The notes: generated by a model from the letters alone, not told the origin. Positions 54,954-63,887 are shown, numbered from the stretch's first letter. The stretch is 64,000 nucleotides of DNA from an uncultured Rhodobacterales bacterium (GCA_964466745.1 CAYXOX010000003.1:6193-70192), one strand, 5' to 3'. Made by a program: numbers and translations.

Positions 54954-55900
54954 GCGAGACGGCCCGCGAAACGCCGCACAAGGGCGCGGCATTGCCGCAG
55001 CCCTCCCGGCGCGAGGGCCGCGCGGTGGACATCGTCGGCCGCCTCACCCAGCGCCTCGAGCATGGCCGCGGAGCCGAACGCCGGCTGGCCGAAACGATCC
55101 TCGCGGACCTGCAGTTCGCCGCACAGGCCACCATCGCCGAGATCGCCCAGCGCGCCAAGGTGAGCGAGCCGACCATAACACGTCTTGCCCGCGCCCTGGG
55201 ATTCTCGGGCACCCAGGAAATGCGCATTCACATCGCCCAGGCCCTTGCCGTGGGGGGCGCCTATCTGCGTGTGCCGCCCACCCCGCCGGAGGGCTCGGCG
55301 GCCTATGGCGGCGCCATTGCCGCCATCGCGCAGGGGGCCCATGCCGCGCTCGATCTGTTTGCCCTCGGGCTGGCCGAGACGGATGTCGGGGGGATCGCCC
55401 GCAGCCTCAAGAACGCCCGCGCCATCGTCGCCTGCGGAACCGGCGGCGGCTCGTCCATGGCCGCGGTGGAAATGCAGACGCGGTTCTTCCGCCTCGGGCT
55501 CAAGATCACCGCTCATTCCGACCCGCAGCTACAACGCATGAACGCGAGCGTGCTGGGCAAGCCCGACGTCCTGGTGGGCTTCTCGGTGTCGGGCCAGGCC
55601 CGTTCGGTGATCGACGCGCTGTGCATCGCACACCAGTACGGGGCGCGCACGATCGCCGTCACCCAGCCGGGCACACCGCTGGCCGAGGCCGCCGACACGC
55701 TCATGCCGCTCACCTTCCGTGAAGACGGAAACCTCTACAAACCTTCCTCGGTACGATACGCGCTGCTGGCCGCTGTCGACATCCTCGCCATGGCCACGGC
55801 CCACGCCATCGGGCCGCCTGTCATCGAGTCCCTGCGCCGGGTACGCCAGAGCCTCGCTTCCCAGGACATCCTCAACCCGAACCTGCCCATCGGCGACTGA
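54950..55900 (+). CDS. MurR/RpiR family transcriptional regulator (HTH_6 + SIS domain)
   Basis: GTG 54950 overlaps the upstream [31 protein letters not shown] is the HTH. The SIS domain has [10 protein letters not shown]... and ...[15 protein letters not shown]. Only the last ~317 codons of ORF 51632..55900 are credible. Confidence 0.88.
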   Translation: MSETARETPHKGAALPQPSRREGRAVDIVGRLTQRLEHGRGAERRLAETILADLQFAAQATIAEIAQRAKVSEPTITRLARALGFSGTQEMRIHIAQALAVGGAYLRVPPTPPEGSAAYGGAIAAIAQGAHAALDLFALGLAETDVGGIARSLKNARAIVACGTGGGSSMAAVEMQTRFFRLGLKITAHSDPQLQRMNASVLGKPDVLVGFSVSGQARSVIDALCIAHQYGARTIAVTQPGTPLAEAADTLMPLTFREDGNLYKPSSVRYALLAAVDILAMATAHAIGPPVIESLRRVRQSLASQDILNPNLPIGD

Positions 55901-55908
55901 CCGGCTTC

Positions 55909-55926
55909 GCGCGCGGGCCCGCGCGC
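55909..55926. terminator. Perfect 18-nt GC palindrome between convergent genes
   Basis: GCGCGCGGGCCCGCGCGC, 9 nt after the RpiR stop. No U-tract. Confidence 0.4.
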
Positions 55927-56047
55927 CGCCGGGCTTGCGCGCAATCGGATGCGAGCGCGGCCTGCCGATCTCCTTGCCGCAGGAATACCGCCCACGCCCG
56001 CCCTCCCCTCCGCGCCGCGCGCGGCGGGCGGCCCAGACACCGCCCCT

Positions 56048-56839
56048 TCAGAGACCGAGGAAATCGGCCAGCGCGGAGTTGAACGCCTCGGGCTGGTTGA
56101 TGTTCGCCACATGGCCCGCGGAGGTAATCTCGACGTAGCGGGCGCCGGGGGTCACCCGCGCCATCTCCTGCATCTCCTCCGGCGGGGCGCCCTTGTCCTC
56201 GCTGCCGCAGAGATACAGAACAGGCAGCGTGACCGAACCCAGGTGCTTGAAGTAATCGAGCTCCCGCAACGCGTTGCAGCTGGAGATGTAGCCCTCGGGA
56301 TCGGTAGCCGCGATCATGCGGCGAGCCGCTGCCGCGGCATCCGGGTTGGCATCGCGGAACGCTTGCGTGAACCACAGGCCGAGCGAAGCCTCGGCGACCT
56401 TGCCGATGCCCTCCGAACGGATCGTGGCGATGCGCCCGTCCCACATCGCCTTGTAGGCATCGGTGGACACCGAACGCGCATCGGCGAGCACCATCCGCCC
56501 GAACCGCTCGGGATGCGAGATCGCTAGGCCCATGCCGGTCATCGCGCCCATGGAGAGCCCCATGAAATCGGCGCAGTCGATACCCTCGTGATCCATCAGC
56601 GCGATCACATCGGCAACGAGCAGATCGAAGGTGTACGCTCCCGGAGGGGCGTCGCTGGCGCCGTGGCCGCGCTGATCGTAACGCAGCACGCGGTACTTGC
56701 GCGTGAGCAGGTCCATCTGGCCGTCCCACATGGCCAGGTTCGCGCCCAGCGAGTTCGAGAGGATGATCCAGGGCGCACCGTCGGGCCCGTCGACGCGGAT
56801 GTTGAGGGCGGTGCCGTCAGGCAGGGTTACGCGGCTCAT
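56048..56839 (-). CDS. Alpha/beta hydrolase, 3-oxoadipate enol-lactonase (PcaD)-like
   Basis: ILSNSLGANLAMWDGQMDLLTRKYRVLRYDQRGHGAS, nucleophile elbow GLSMGA and C-terminal SAGHVANINQPEAFN. Start is at ATG 56839. Confidence 0.87.
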   Translation of the reverse strand: MSRVTLPDGTALNIRVDGPDGAPWIILSNSLGANLAMWDGQMDLLTRKYRVLRYDQRGHGASDAPPGAYTFDLLVADVIALMDHEGIDCADFMGLSMGAMTGMGLAISHPERFGRMVLADARSVSTDAYKAMWDGRIATIRSEGIGKVAEASLGLWFTQAFRDANPDAAAAARRMIAATDPEGYISSCNALRELDYFKHLGSVTLPVLYLCGSEDKGAPPEEMQEMARVTPGARYVEITSAGHVANINQPEAFNSALADFLGL

Positions 56840-56951
56840 CGGATGCTCCTTGCGGTGTTGCGGCCGGGCACTGCCGCCGCGAGCCGGCCGGCAGGGGCCG
56901 GGGCGCTCGCGGCGGCGGGCACCGGTGTATCGGGCGTCATCTTTCGCCCGT

Positions 56952-57965
56952 TCAGGAGAGGGTGAAGGCGTCGTGGTAGGCGCCCTGCACGCTGCCGCCC
57001 GGCACAGGGCCGCCGCCGGGCACATGCACCACGTCGCCGATCACGGCCACCGTTGCGCCGTGCAGGCCATGGCGCGGCACCGGCATCGGCGCGAGAGCCT
57101 CCCAGGTGTCCGCCGCCGGATCGTAGGCCTCGTTGGTGCCGAAGACCTTGCCCGTGGCCTCGCCGCCGAAGACGACGATCTTGCCGCCCACATAGGCCGC
57201 CGAGGGCCCGCTGCGCGGCACCGGAAGCGGCGCCCGGAACGACCAGCCGTCGGCCTCGGGATCGTAGACGCCATGCAGTCCGGTGTTGAAATCGTAGGAA
57301 TCCATCCGTCCGCCGATGGCGTGGATCTTCCCGTCCACCACCACGACGCCCATGTGGTCGCGCTGGCCGGCGTAGGGCTGGGTCTTGGTGGAGCCCATCA
57401 TCGGGCCGCGGTCCTCGTAGCTGTCGGTTTCCGGGTCGTAGACCTCGTGCCACTCCACCGAGCGCACGTCGCGCCCGCCGAGAAGATGGATCTTGCCGCC
57501 GAGCTCGATCGCGAAGATCGCGCCCCGCGGCCGGGAAAGCGGCGCGATGGGCGACCAGCTGTCGTTGGCGACGTCGTAGACGAAGCACTTGGAATGCGGG
57601 CAGCGGTTCTGCTCGACGAAGCCGCCGAAGGTGTAGATGCGCCCGCCGATCACGGCGGCGGAATTGTGGTTGCACGGGTGGGGGAACGGGGCCTTGAGCG
57701 TCCACTCGCCGGTAGCCGGGTCGAAGACCTGGTGGTAGTCGCCATCGACGCGGTGATTGGCATAGCCGCCGAAGACATGGATCTTGCCCTGGCATTCCAC
57801 CACGCCCATCTCCCCGACGGGATGCGGCAGGCGGGGCTGTTCGATCCAGCGGCCCGGGTTGGCGGCCGGCGGCGCCACCGAGGTCATGTAGCGCTGCTTG
57901 TCCGCCGCGGCGGGAATGTCGGTGATGCTCTTGTCGAAGAGCCCTTGGAAGAGGGGAGCGTTCAT
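56952..57965 (-). CDS. Kelch-repeat beta-propeller protein (no obvious signal peptide)
   Basis: Six repeats of the pattern GG...(Y/F)DP..(D/N).W (for example IHVFGGY...VFDPATGEWT, IYTFGGF...VYDVANDSWS, IHLLGGR...VYDPETDSY, IHAIGGR...VYDPEADGWS, IVVFGGE...AYDPAADTWE). Confidence 0.85.
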   Translation of the reverse strand: MNAPLFQGLFDKSITDIPAAADKQRYMTSVAPPAANPGRWIEQPRLPHPVGEMGVVECQGKIHVFGGYANHRVDGDYHQVFDPATGEWTLKAPFPHPCNHNSAAVIGGRIYTFGGFVEQNRCPHSKCFVYDVANDSWSPIAPLSRPRGAIFAIELGGKIHLLGGRDVRSVEWHEVYDPETDSYEDRGPMMGSTKTQPYAGQRDHMGVVVVDGKIHAIGGRMDSYDFNTGLHGVYDPEADGWSFRAPLPVPRSGPSAAYVGGKIVVFGGEATGKVFGTNEAYDPAADTWEALAPMPVPRHGLHGATVAVIGDVVHVPGGGPVPGGSVQGAYHDAFTLS

Positions 57966-58020
57966 TTTGGATGCACCTTCCTTTTCGGCATTGGAATCTG
58001 GAAACCGGGACGGTCGCGCC

Positions 58021-58860
58021 TCATGACGCGTACTCGGGAACGGCGTCGCGCAGGAGCGCCTGGGTAAGCTCGACGCCCTCGCGGCACACCTCCACGGGCG
58101 GCCGCTCCCACTGGGCGGGGTTGGGCGCCTCGAAGCTCAGAAGCCCGGTATAGTTCTTCTCACGCAAAAGCCCGAAGAGTTCCTTCCACAGGATAACGCC
58201 CTTGCCCGGCATCAGCCTGTCGGTGGGGCGCTTCACGCCGGTCACCGGGTTGGGAGAGAGATCGGAAAACTGGAAATGCATGATGTCCTCTCCCGGCACG
58301 TCCTCGAAGGCGCGGCCGGGGCGGCCGCTGCGGGCCAGGTGGTAGGCATCGAGCAGCAGGCCCACGTTCTTCTTGCCGGCGGCGGCAACAAGCTCTCTCT
58401 GGGTTTCGACCGAATTGAGGTTCGCATGCTGCGAGTTGAACTCGATGGATAGCTCCAGCCCGTATTCGCCCACGATATCGGCCGCGGTGCGCAGATGGCC
58501 TACCGCGTCCTTGAGCGATCCCGTGTAGGGCCCGGGGGCCGACATGAGCTGCGGGCAGTCCAGCGCCACGGCATTCCGGCAGGAGACGTGGAGATCCTCG
58601 AAAATGCGTTTGCTCTCGGCGCCCGTGGCGAAGAGAAACCCGTATTCCACGCCCAGAACCGCCACGCGCACGCCACTGGCCCGGATCATCTCCAGAACCT
58701 CGTCGTTGCTCAAGCCAGCCTCGTAGCAACGCTTGAAGTCGGTACGGCGCAGCTCCGCTGCATCGTATCCGGCCAGACGGATCGCCTCCAGCGCGGGGCC
58801 GAGCGGCGTCGTGTCTATCGTCCACGTGTGCAGGGCGAGCCGCCCAAACTTCTCGGTCAT
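58021..58860 (-). CDS. Xylose isomerase-like TIM-barrel protein (sugar phosphate isomerase/epimerase or dehydroshikimate-dehydratase-like)
   Basis: LALHTWT, IEFNSQH, LLDAYH and LLSFE follow the family pattern. Start alternatives are ATG 58860, 58875 or 58917; the last abuts the upstream stop. Confidence 0.8.
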   Translation of the reverse strand: MTEKFGRLALHTWTIDTTPLGPALEAIRLAGYDAAELRRTDFKRCYEAGLSNDEVLEMIRASGVRVAVLGVEYGFLFATGAESKRIFEDLHVSCRNAVALDCPQLMSAPGPYTGSLKDAVGHLRTAADIVGEYGLELSIEFNSQHANLNSVETQRELVAAAGKKNVGLLLDAYHLARSGRPGRAFEDVPGEDIMHFQFSDLSPNPVTGVKRPTDRLMPGKGVILWKELFGLLREKNYTGLLSFEAPNPAQWERPPVEVCREGVELTQALLRDAVPEYAS

Positions 58861-58917
58861 GTCTTTCAGTCCCATCGTAACGTCACGAATTCCTGTCCTG
58901 TCCGGCAGCCGGGCCAT

Positions 58918-59865
58918 TCAGATGCCCAGCAGCCGCTCCGCGTTGCCGGAGAAAATCTTGGTCTTGGTCACGGCCGCCGCCGGGAAGGCCTCGAGCCAGC
59001 GCACCCCCTCCTCGTTCGAAACGAATGGCCAGTCGACGGCGAAGAGGATGCGATCCTCGCCCATTTCCGTCAGGCAGCACCGCAGGGCCGAGTCCGAAAA
59101 GAAACCGCTCGTGGTGATGTGGAAGTTGGAGCGAAACGTGGCGGCGAATGCGGTGGGCGCGTTTCCGGGGCGCGAGAGCGCCTCGTCGATGCGGGCGAGC
59201 TGGAAGGTGATCCCCTCCCCGAGGTGGCCGAGGATCACCTGCAGGTCCGGATAGGCGTCGAACACACCGCCGAGGACCATCCGGATACCGAGCGTGCCGG
59301 TCTCGACGCCGAAACCCCAGGCCGCGCCGAGCAGCGCCGGATGCGATTCGGCGTAGGTGCCGTAGTAGATGTCGCGCACCTGGGGGTGGGGCATCGAGGG
59401 GTGCAAATAGACCGGCACGCCCATCTGTGCCGCGCGCGCGTAGATCGGCCAGAAGCGCCGCTCGTCGAGGAACTGCCCGTCGGTATGGCCGAAAAGCATC
59501 GCGCCCTTGAAGCCCAGCTCCTCCACGGCACGCTGCAGCTCGTCGGCCGCCGCCTCCGGCTGGGCCTGGGGCACGGTGGCAAAGCCCGCGAACCGCTCGG
59601 GCGCGCCGGCGACGATGGCGGCGAGCATGTCGTTCGCGCCGCGGCAGGCTTCGGCGGCCGCCTCGGGCTGCAACCGCTGCCCGCCTGGAGGCGCATGGGA
59701 GATCACCTGCACATCGATGCCCGCCGCGTCCATCTCGGCCAGGCGGAGCTCGGAGACATCCTCCAGCTTGCGCATCAACTCCGCCGAGCGGTCGGCCTTC
59801 GGGCCGGCGAACCGGGCCGCCAGGTCGCGGCTCCAGAAGTGCTCCTCGATGGCGATTATCTTCAT
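58918..59865 (-). CDS. Amidohydrolase_2 family (ACMSD / gamma-resorcylate-type metal-dependent decarboxylase or hydrolase)
   Basis: MKIIAIEEHF (the EEH metal motif), VYLHPS, LGHLGE and FAVDWPF are hallmarks of the amidohydrolase_2 decarboxylase clade. Confidence 0.87.
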   Translation of the reverse strand: MKIIAIEEHFWSRDLAARFAGPKADRSAELMRKLEDVSELRLAEMDAAGIDVQVISHAPPGGQRLQPEAAAEACRGANDMLAAIVAGAPERFAGFATVPQAQPEAAADELQRAVEELGFKGAMLFGHTDGQFLDERRFWPIYARAAQMGVPVYLHPSMPHPQVRDIYYGTYAESHPALLGAAWGFGVETGTLGIRMVLGGVFDAYPDLQVILGHLGEGITFQLARIDEALSRPGNAPTAFAATFRSNFHITTSGFFSDSALRCCLTEMGEDRILFAVDWPFVSNEEGVRWLEAFPAAAVTKTKIFSGNAERLLGI

Positions 59866-59926
59866 CGCGCGCCTCTCTTGCTCCCGATGGGCCTCGTCGC
59901 CGCGCCTGCCGGCGCGCCCGACTTCA

Positions 59927-60400
59927 TCACGCTGCCTGCCCGTCGACCTCGGCGATGAGGTCGAGCGCCACGGCAACGCACTGGTCGCTCAGCTCGTCGG
60001 GGTCCATCTTGGGGCGGCTGCTGAGCAGTGCCGTCTGGACATGAACGGCCATGTCGAGCAGCTCCTCCCGGTCGCCGCCCTCACCCGCAGCGAGTGTCGC
60101 ATCGACCTTCGCGATCAGCGAACGCGCGACATCCATGCACTCGTCGAGCACCTCGTCGGCGCTCGCCGGCAGCCGCCCGTTAAGCAGAGCGGAAAGCGCA
60201 TGCACCCCCATGTCGATCAACTCGTCGCGGGGCGGCGCGCCCTCCAGCGCGGCGGTTGCCTCCACCTTGTCCACGAGCTTGCGGCCGATCTCGACGGAAG
60301 CGCCGAAGAGTTCGCGCGCCCCGGCCTCCCGATTGGCCTTCATCAGCGGCGTCAGGGCGTGGACGGCCATATCGAGGATCTCTTCGCGGTGCGACATCAT
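59927..60400 (-). CDS. Hypothetical protein made of three tandem ~53-aa repeats
   Basis: 157 aa. Repeats start at residues 5, 58 and 111: REEILDMAVHALTPLM.., RDELIDMGVHALSALL.., REELLDMAVHVQTALL... Good G/C third-position bias. It sits between the ABC ATPase and amidohydrolase genes on the same strand. Confidence 0.7.
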   Translation of the reverse strand: MMSHREEILDMAVHALTPLMKANREAGARELFGASVEIGRKLVDKVEATAALEGAPPRDELIDMGVHALSALLNGRLPASADEVLDECMDVARSLIAKVDATLAAGEGGDREELLDMAVHVQTALLSSRPKMDPDELSDQCVAVALDLIAEVDGQAA

Positions 60401-60503
60401 TCGTTCTCCGGTGAATCTGCGAGGGTGAAGGTGCGGGCCTGCGGGATGCGCTGCCATGAACGGCCAGCCAGGCGGCTGCGGCGATGTGGTCTGCTCCGCG
60501 GGC

Positions 60504-61685
60504 TCATCGCAGCGCGTGCCCCGTGTTCAGATCGAAGAAGTGGAGCGCGTCCGGCTCGTAGCGCAGCGCGACCGTTTCGCCCGTGCGCGGCAGGACGCGC
60601 GGCGCCACCCGGGCAACCAGCGACATCGCGCTGCTGCCGCGCTTGCGGCTCCTGGCCTCGTCGGCCCCCCCCTCGCCGATGCTCTTCGCGGTGACGGGGC
60701 GGGCATCGCACTGCAGGTATACGAGCGCCTCGGCACCGAGCATCTCCACGAGATCCACGGTGGCGCGAAGCGTTTCGCCTTCGGGTGCCTCGCCCTCGGC
60801 GAGCGAGAAGCTCTCGGGCCGGGTCCCCAGCACCACCTCCCGGCCCAGGTGCCCCGCAACGCGCGGATAGCGCGCGACGCTGGCAGGATCGATCGCCAGC
60901 GACATGCCGCCGAAGGTCGCCTGCAGCCCCGAGGGCCCCTCCTCGATCCGCGCGCGGCAGAGGTTCATGGGCGGCGAGCCGATGAAACCGGCCACGAACA
61001 CCGTTTCCGGCGAGGAATAGAGCGTGGCGGGCGGCGCCATCTGCTGAAGCACGCCGCCGTACATCACGGCGACCCGGTCGCCCAGCGTCATGGCTTCCAC
61101 CTGGTCGTGGGTGACGTAGATCGTCGTGGCGCGCAGCTCGCGCTGGAGATGGGCGATCTCGCCACGCATCTGCACCCTGAGCTTGGCGTCGAGGTTCGAC
61201 AGCGGCTCGTCCATCAGGAACACGCGCGGCGAACGCACGATGGCGCGGCCCATGGCAACGCGCTGGCGCTGGCCGCCGGAAAGCTCGCGCGGGTAGCGCC
61301 CGAGGAGATCCGTGATGTCGAGAATCTCCGCGGCATTCTCGACGCGCCGCTTCTTCTCGTCGGCCGAAAGCCCCGCCATACGCAGCGGGAAGGCCATGTT
61401 CTGCGCGACGGTCATGTGCGGGTAGAGCGCGTAGGTCTGGAAGACCATCGCGATGTCGCGCTCGCGCGGGGTGAGATCGTTGACGATTTCGCCGTTGATG
61501 GTGATCTCGCCGTCGGAGATTTCCTCGAGCCCGGCCACCATGCGCAACGAGGTGGATTTCCCGCATCCCGACGGCCCCACCAGCACGACGAACTCCCCCT
61601 CCGAAATGCTCAGGTTGAGGTTGTTCACGGCGATCACGTTCGGGCCGAAACGCTTCATGACGTTGTTGAAGACGACCTCACCCAT
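60504..61685 (-). CDS. Sugar ABC transporter ATP-binding protein (MalK/UgpC-like)
   Basis: [40 protein letters not shown] and a C-terminal TOBE-like domain. 393 aa. Confidence 0.93.
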   Translation of the reverse strand: MGEVVFNNVMKRFGPNVIAVNNLNLSISEGEFVVLVGPSGCGKSTSLRMVAGLEEISDGEITINGEIVNDLTPRERDIAMVFQTYALYPHMTVAQNMAFPLRMAGLSADEKKRRVENAAEILDITDLLGRYPRELSGGQRQRVAMGRAIVRSPRVFLMDEPLSNLDAKLRVQMRGEIAHLQRELRATTIYVTHDQVEAMTLGDRVAVMYGGVLQQMAPPATLYSSPETVFVAGFIGSPPMNLCRARIEEGPSGLQATFGGMSLAIDPASVARYPRVAGHLGREVVLGTRPESFSLAEGEAPEGETLRATVDLVEMLGAEALVYLQCDARPVTAKSIGEGGADEARSRKRGSSAMSLVARVAPRVLPRTGETVALRYEPDALHFFDLNTGHALR

Positions 61686-61714
61686 GACGGCTTCCTTCCC
61701 CTGCGGTTCCTACG

Positions 61715-61733
61715 GCCTGCCCGGCGGGCAGGC
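61715..61733 (-). other. Intercistronic hairpin between the permease and ATPase genes
   Basis: GCCTGCCC-ggc-GGGCAGGC, an 8-bp perfect stem inside the 200-bp gap 61686-61885. Confidence 0.3.
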
Positions 61734-61885
61734 GCCATGCAGGTTCGCGGCTGGTGGTGTTTTTCTTTCTCGTCATGGCGTCGCGTCGTTCTCCGTTGTC
61801 CTTGGCCGGCGCCGCCGGTGCCGGCGGCCGCCGTGTGCCGCGCCGCGGGATGCACTGGGGCTCCCTGGCGGCGGCGGGTTGCGCG

Positions 61886-62785
61886 CTATTTCACGGCGCC
61901 GCTCAGCAGCCCCTCCGCGACGTACCGCTCGATGCGCAGGTAGACGAGGATCAGCGGCAGGATCGTGAGCAGGGCGAATGCGTTCTGTATGGGATAGTCG
62001 GCGATGCCGGTCGCGTCCTGCATCAGGTAAAGCTCGTAGGGCAGCGTTCGGGAATTGGCGGTCTGGGTGAGCGCGAGCACCAGTTCGAACTCGTTCCATG
62101 CCTCTCGGAAGGCCAGCACGGCCACCGTCAGCAGCGCCGGTATCGAAAGCGGCAGGATCACGAAGATGATGGTGCGGAGCTGGGTGGCTCCGTCCACCGC
62201 GGCGGCCTCCTCGAGCTCCCGCGGGATCGCCTGGAAAAATCCGATCAGCAACCAAACGGCGAGCGGCAGGAGCATGCCCGTGAACACGAGGATCAGGAAC
62301 AGGCGGGAGTCGAACGCCTTCAGCTCCACCGCCAGCAGGAAGAGCGGGAACATCAGGCCAACCTTAGGCACCAGCATCGGCAGCAGCGCGAAGAGCAGCA
62401 TCAGGTGACGGCCGCGGAAACGGTAGCGGGCGAAGGCATAGGCCGCCGGCACTCCGATGATGAGGGTCAGCACGAGGCTTCCAAAGGCGATCACGACGCT
62501 GTTCCAGAGCGCAGACTGGAAGCCCGGGCGCGCGAGCGTGCGCTTGTAGGCGTCGAGCGTGGGCTCCGAAGGAATGAGGCCGGGGTCGGCGAACACCTGG
62601 GCCGGCGCCTTGAACGACACCGAGATCGAGATGAGGAAGGGCCCGAGCGTCCAGAGCACCAGCGCCGCGAGCGGCAGCCACAGCATCGCCGCGCGCATCG
62701 GCCCGCCAAGCCATGCGCGCCGGCGGGAACGCGCAACAGGGCGCGCCTTCGGTGCCGGCATGGAGTGATCCTGTGTAAGGGCCAT
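61886..62785 (-). CDS. Carbohydrate (CUT1) ABC transporter permease, MalG-like
   Basis: EAA loop [33 protein letters not shown] 62785 (MALTQDHS...) is 2 nt downstream of the upstream stop. The longer ORF 61886..63751 is an out-of-frame extension. Confidence 0.9.
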   Translation of the reverse strand: MALTQDHSMPAPKARPVARSRRRAWLGGPMRAAMLWLPLAALVLWTLGPFLISISVSFKAPAQVFADPGLIPSEPTLDAYKRTLARPGFQSALWNSVVIAFGSLVLTLIIGVPAAYAFARYRFRGRHLMLLFALLPMLVPKVGLMFPLFLLAVELKAFDSRLFLILVFTGMLLPLAVWLLIGFFQAIPRELEEAAAVDGATQLRTIIFVILPLSIPALLTVAVLAFREAWNEFELVLALTQTANSRTLPYELYLMQDATGIADYPIQNAFALLTILPLILVYLRIERYVAEGLLSGAVK

Positions 62786-62787
62786 GG

Positions 62788-63705
62788 CTATTTCGTCCCG
62801 AACTTGCGCTGGAGCGCGAGGTAGAAGAGCGTCAGCCCCGCGTTGAGGACGAAGATGATGATCACGAGCGCCATAGCCGTGCCGGTGTCGTATTCGTCGA
62901 AACCGAGGCGCACCATCTCGAGCGTCAGCAGCTGCGTGCTGTCGCTCGGGCCGCCCCCGGTGAGCGCGAGCACGGTGCCCAGCGAGGTGACTGCCTTGAA
63001 ACTGAACCAGACGGTCGCGAGCGTGATCTGTGGCGCGATCAGCGGCAGCGAGATGTAGAGCGCGCTGCGCCAGCCGGTGGCGCCGTCGACGTAGGAAGCC
63101 TCCACGAGCTGCTTGTCGATCGTCTGCAGCCCGCCGAGGATGAACAGCAGCGCAAGGGGCAGGTCCGTCCAAACCTGCGCGATGATGACCACGATCATCG
63201 CGTAGAACCCGTTGGAAAGCCACGGGATACCGGCGAAACCGAGGAACTCCAGCACCTGGTTCGGGAATCCGAAATCGCTGTTGAAGAGCGTGCGGAACAT
63301 CAGCGCGGCGGCGACGCTCGACACGATGTAGGGCAGGATCGCGAGACCCCGGATGAAGCGAAGCCCCGAGACGACGCGGTTGAGCGCGAAGGCGAAGATG
63401 ATGCTGAGCGTCAGGCCGAGCACGATCACCCCCGCCACGAAGACCGCCGTGCGCCGCAGTGACGACCAGAACTGCGGATCGGAGAAAACCGCGATGTAGT
63501 TGCCGAGCCCCACGAAGGGCTGCTCCCGGGAAAGCGGGCTCACCTCGAACAGGCTCTGCCACGCGGCGAAGAGAACCGGGAACGCGAGGAAAACCGCGAC
63601 GATGATCATCGCCGGGGCGGAACTCACGTAGGCGATGAACGAATTCTGCCAGCCGACGATCCGTGTGGCCGTCGCGACATCCGTGGTGGGTTCGCCCTGC
63701 GCCAT
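62788..63705 (-). CDS. Carbohydrate (CUT1) ABC transporter permease, MalF-like
   Basis: EAA loop IDKQLVEASYVDGATGWRSALYISLPLIAP. 305 aa, polytopic. Confidence 0.9.
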   Translation of the reverse strand: MAQGEPTTDVATATRIVGWQNSFIAYVSSAPAMIIVAVFLAFPVLFAAWQSLFEVSPLSREQPFVGLGNYIAVFSDPQFWSSLRRTAVFVAGVIVLGLTLSIIFAFALNRVVSGLRFIRGLAILPYIVSSVAAALMFRTLFNSDFGFPNQVLEFLGFAGIPWLSNGFYAMIVVIIAQVWTDLPLALLFILGGLQTIDKQLVEASYVDGATGWRSALYISLPLIAPQITLATVWFSFKAVTSLGTVLALTGGGPSDSTQLLTLEMVRLGFDEYDTGTAMALVIIIFVLNAGLTLFYLALQRKFGTK

Positions 63706-63840
63706 GAATTGCGTATCCCTGCCATTGTTCCCGTGACCGGCGGGGCGGCATGTCGGCCCCGCGAAGGCCGGCGGCCCCTGCGCCTTGGTCGTTTCCGGCG
63801 GGCCGGAGCGACCCCGACGAAGATGTGCTTTCCGCCGCTA

Positions 63841-63867
63841 CCGGGCCGCCCGTCGCGGGCGGCCCGG
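63841..63867 (-). other. Strong intercistronic hairpin downstream of the binding-protein gene
   Basis: CCGGGCCGCCCG-tcg-CGGGCGGCCCGG, a 12-bp perfect stem 21 nt downstream (minus strand) of the SBP stop at 63888-63890. Confidence 0.45.
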
Positions 63868-63887
63868 CAAGGATTCCCTCGCCCGCG

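Noticed and set aside
61886-63751. Apparent 621-aa fused permease ORF
   Set aside because: Only the C-terminal 299 codons (from ATG 62785) look like a MalG-type permease. The upstream part overlaps, out of frame, the separate MalF-type permease gene (62788..63705), which has its own EAA loop.
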